Below, one piece after another: positions 63,201 to 64,000 of a stretch of DNA of 64,000 bases. A program made the position numbers and the translations under genes. Each line of letters opens with the position of its first letter. Position 1 is the stretch's first letter. The stretch lies in assembly GCA_965113315.1 (NCBI GenBank), contig OZ220376.1. One strand, 5' to 3'. Origin of the DNA: Podarcis vaucheri. Taxonomy: Eukaryota. The notes below the pieces were generated by a model. That model searched no databases. It saw nothing but the letters and a program-made list of their open reading frames with translations, and had not been told where the DNA came from.

Positions 63201-64000
63201 CAAGCTTTTTTTCTTTTTACTCATCAGCTGTAGAGAGGCAAGTGCCCAAAGGCGCCGACAACAGCTTTGTAACATACAAAAAGTGTCGGTTGGGGGACAG
63301 TAAAAGAATATGGGGAGAAGATTAAGCTAGAAAGAAGAAACAGGAAAATATCCCCAGAGTGGAATTATCTTTCTATTAACGTAGGTGTTGGTATAAACTA
63401 ATGAAAATGGATAGAAAGAGATAATTTGGGTAACTATTTGGTTTTTAGACATCAGTTTCATTGGATAGCTCAGCAGTTTCCTAGAGGGGGGAAAAGCGGA
63501 CTAGTGGATTTATTCCACAACTGCCTTTCACACATGCTGGCAATTCCCATTGATTTGAGAGGACCCTGGGGCAAACTTTACTTACTTGCTTATGGGCTGC
63601 AGCATGCAAACTGTTCATAATTAAGTTATATAAAACTTTTATGCCTTTTTCTCCATAGTTCTGAAACCTACTGTGGGTGGGTTTTTTAAAAACACATTTT
63701 TCTTGTAGTTTTAAAGAAAAATGTTACTAACAGAAGTTCTTTGATAATAGAGGTTTTGCCATGGGCATCAGTGAAGCCCGAATTCTCTTTCAGAGTGTAC
63801 TAAGCCTGGAGCAGTGAGTATTTTCCATTCAGTGCCTGTATTCTAGATTCTATTAGTTAGATGGCTGTTCCACATTGAGCTTGACTTGCCCACTGCTATA
63901 CCCAGGAACCTCTCTTCTCAAGCTCTGCTCCTTCTTCACCCATAATGTCCACTGTTGTTCTGCATCCTGGAAGAGGAGACTAGGGGCAGATCTTGGACTC

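Overview
Vertebrate genomic DNA, AT-rich, most likely from a lacertid lizard: it carries several Sauria SINEs with (ACCTTT)n tails plus squamate-type CR1, L2, RTE-X and MITE families. I could not support any host protein-coding exon, tRNA or rRNA, so the window looks intronic or intergenic. None of the listed ORFs looks like a host gene; those I could assign are transposon fragments or microsatellite artefacts. The window is a layered record of transposable elements: five Sauria SINEs (two very young and ~98% identical), Tc1/mariner, hAT and Harbinger MITEs with readable TIRs/TSDs, a Gypsy-type solo LTR, and several nested insertions. The most notable item is a ~1.5 kb frameshifted fossil (30091-31562) of an AcademX-type DNA transposon protein with an XPG/PIN nuclease domain and a C-terminal Cys-rich finger, which the ORF track shows only in pieces. 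There are also a probable, very decayed DIRS-like retrotransposon (7.7-10.6 kb) and a few homeodomain-motif-rich stretches without recognised TEs that are candidate conserved enhancers. All family names come from motifs I recognised by eye, not from database searches. I found no evidence for a genuinely new functional system.
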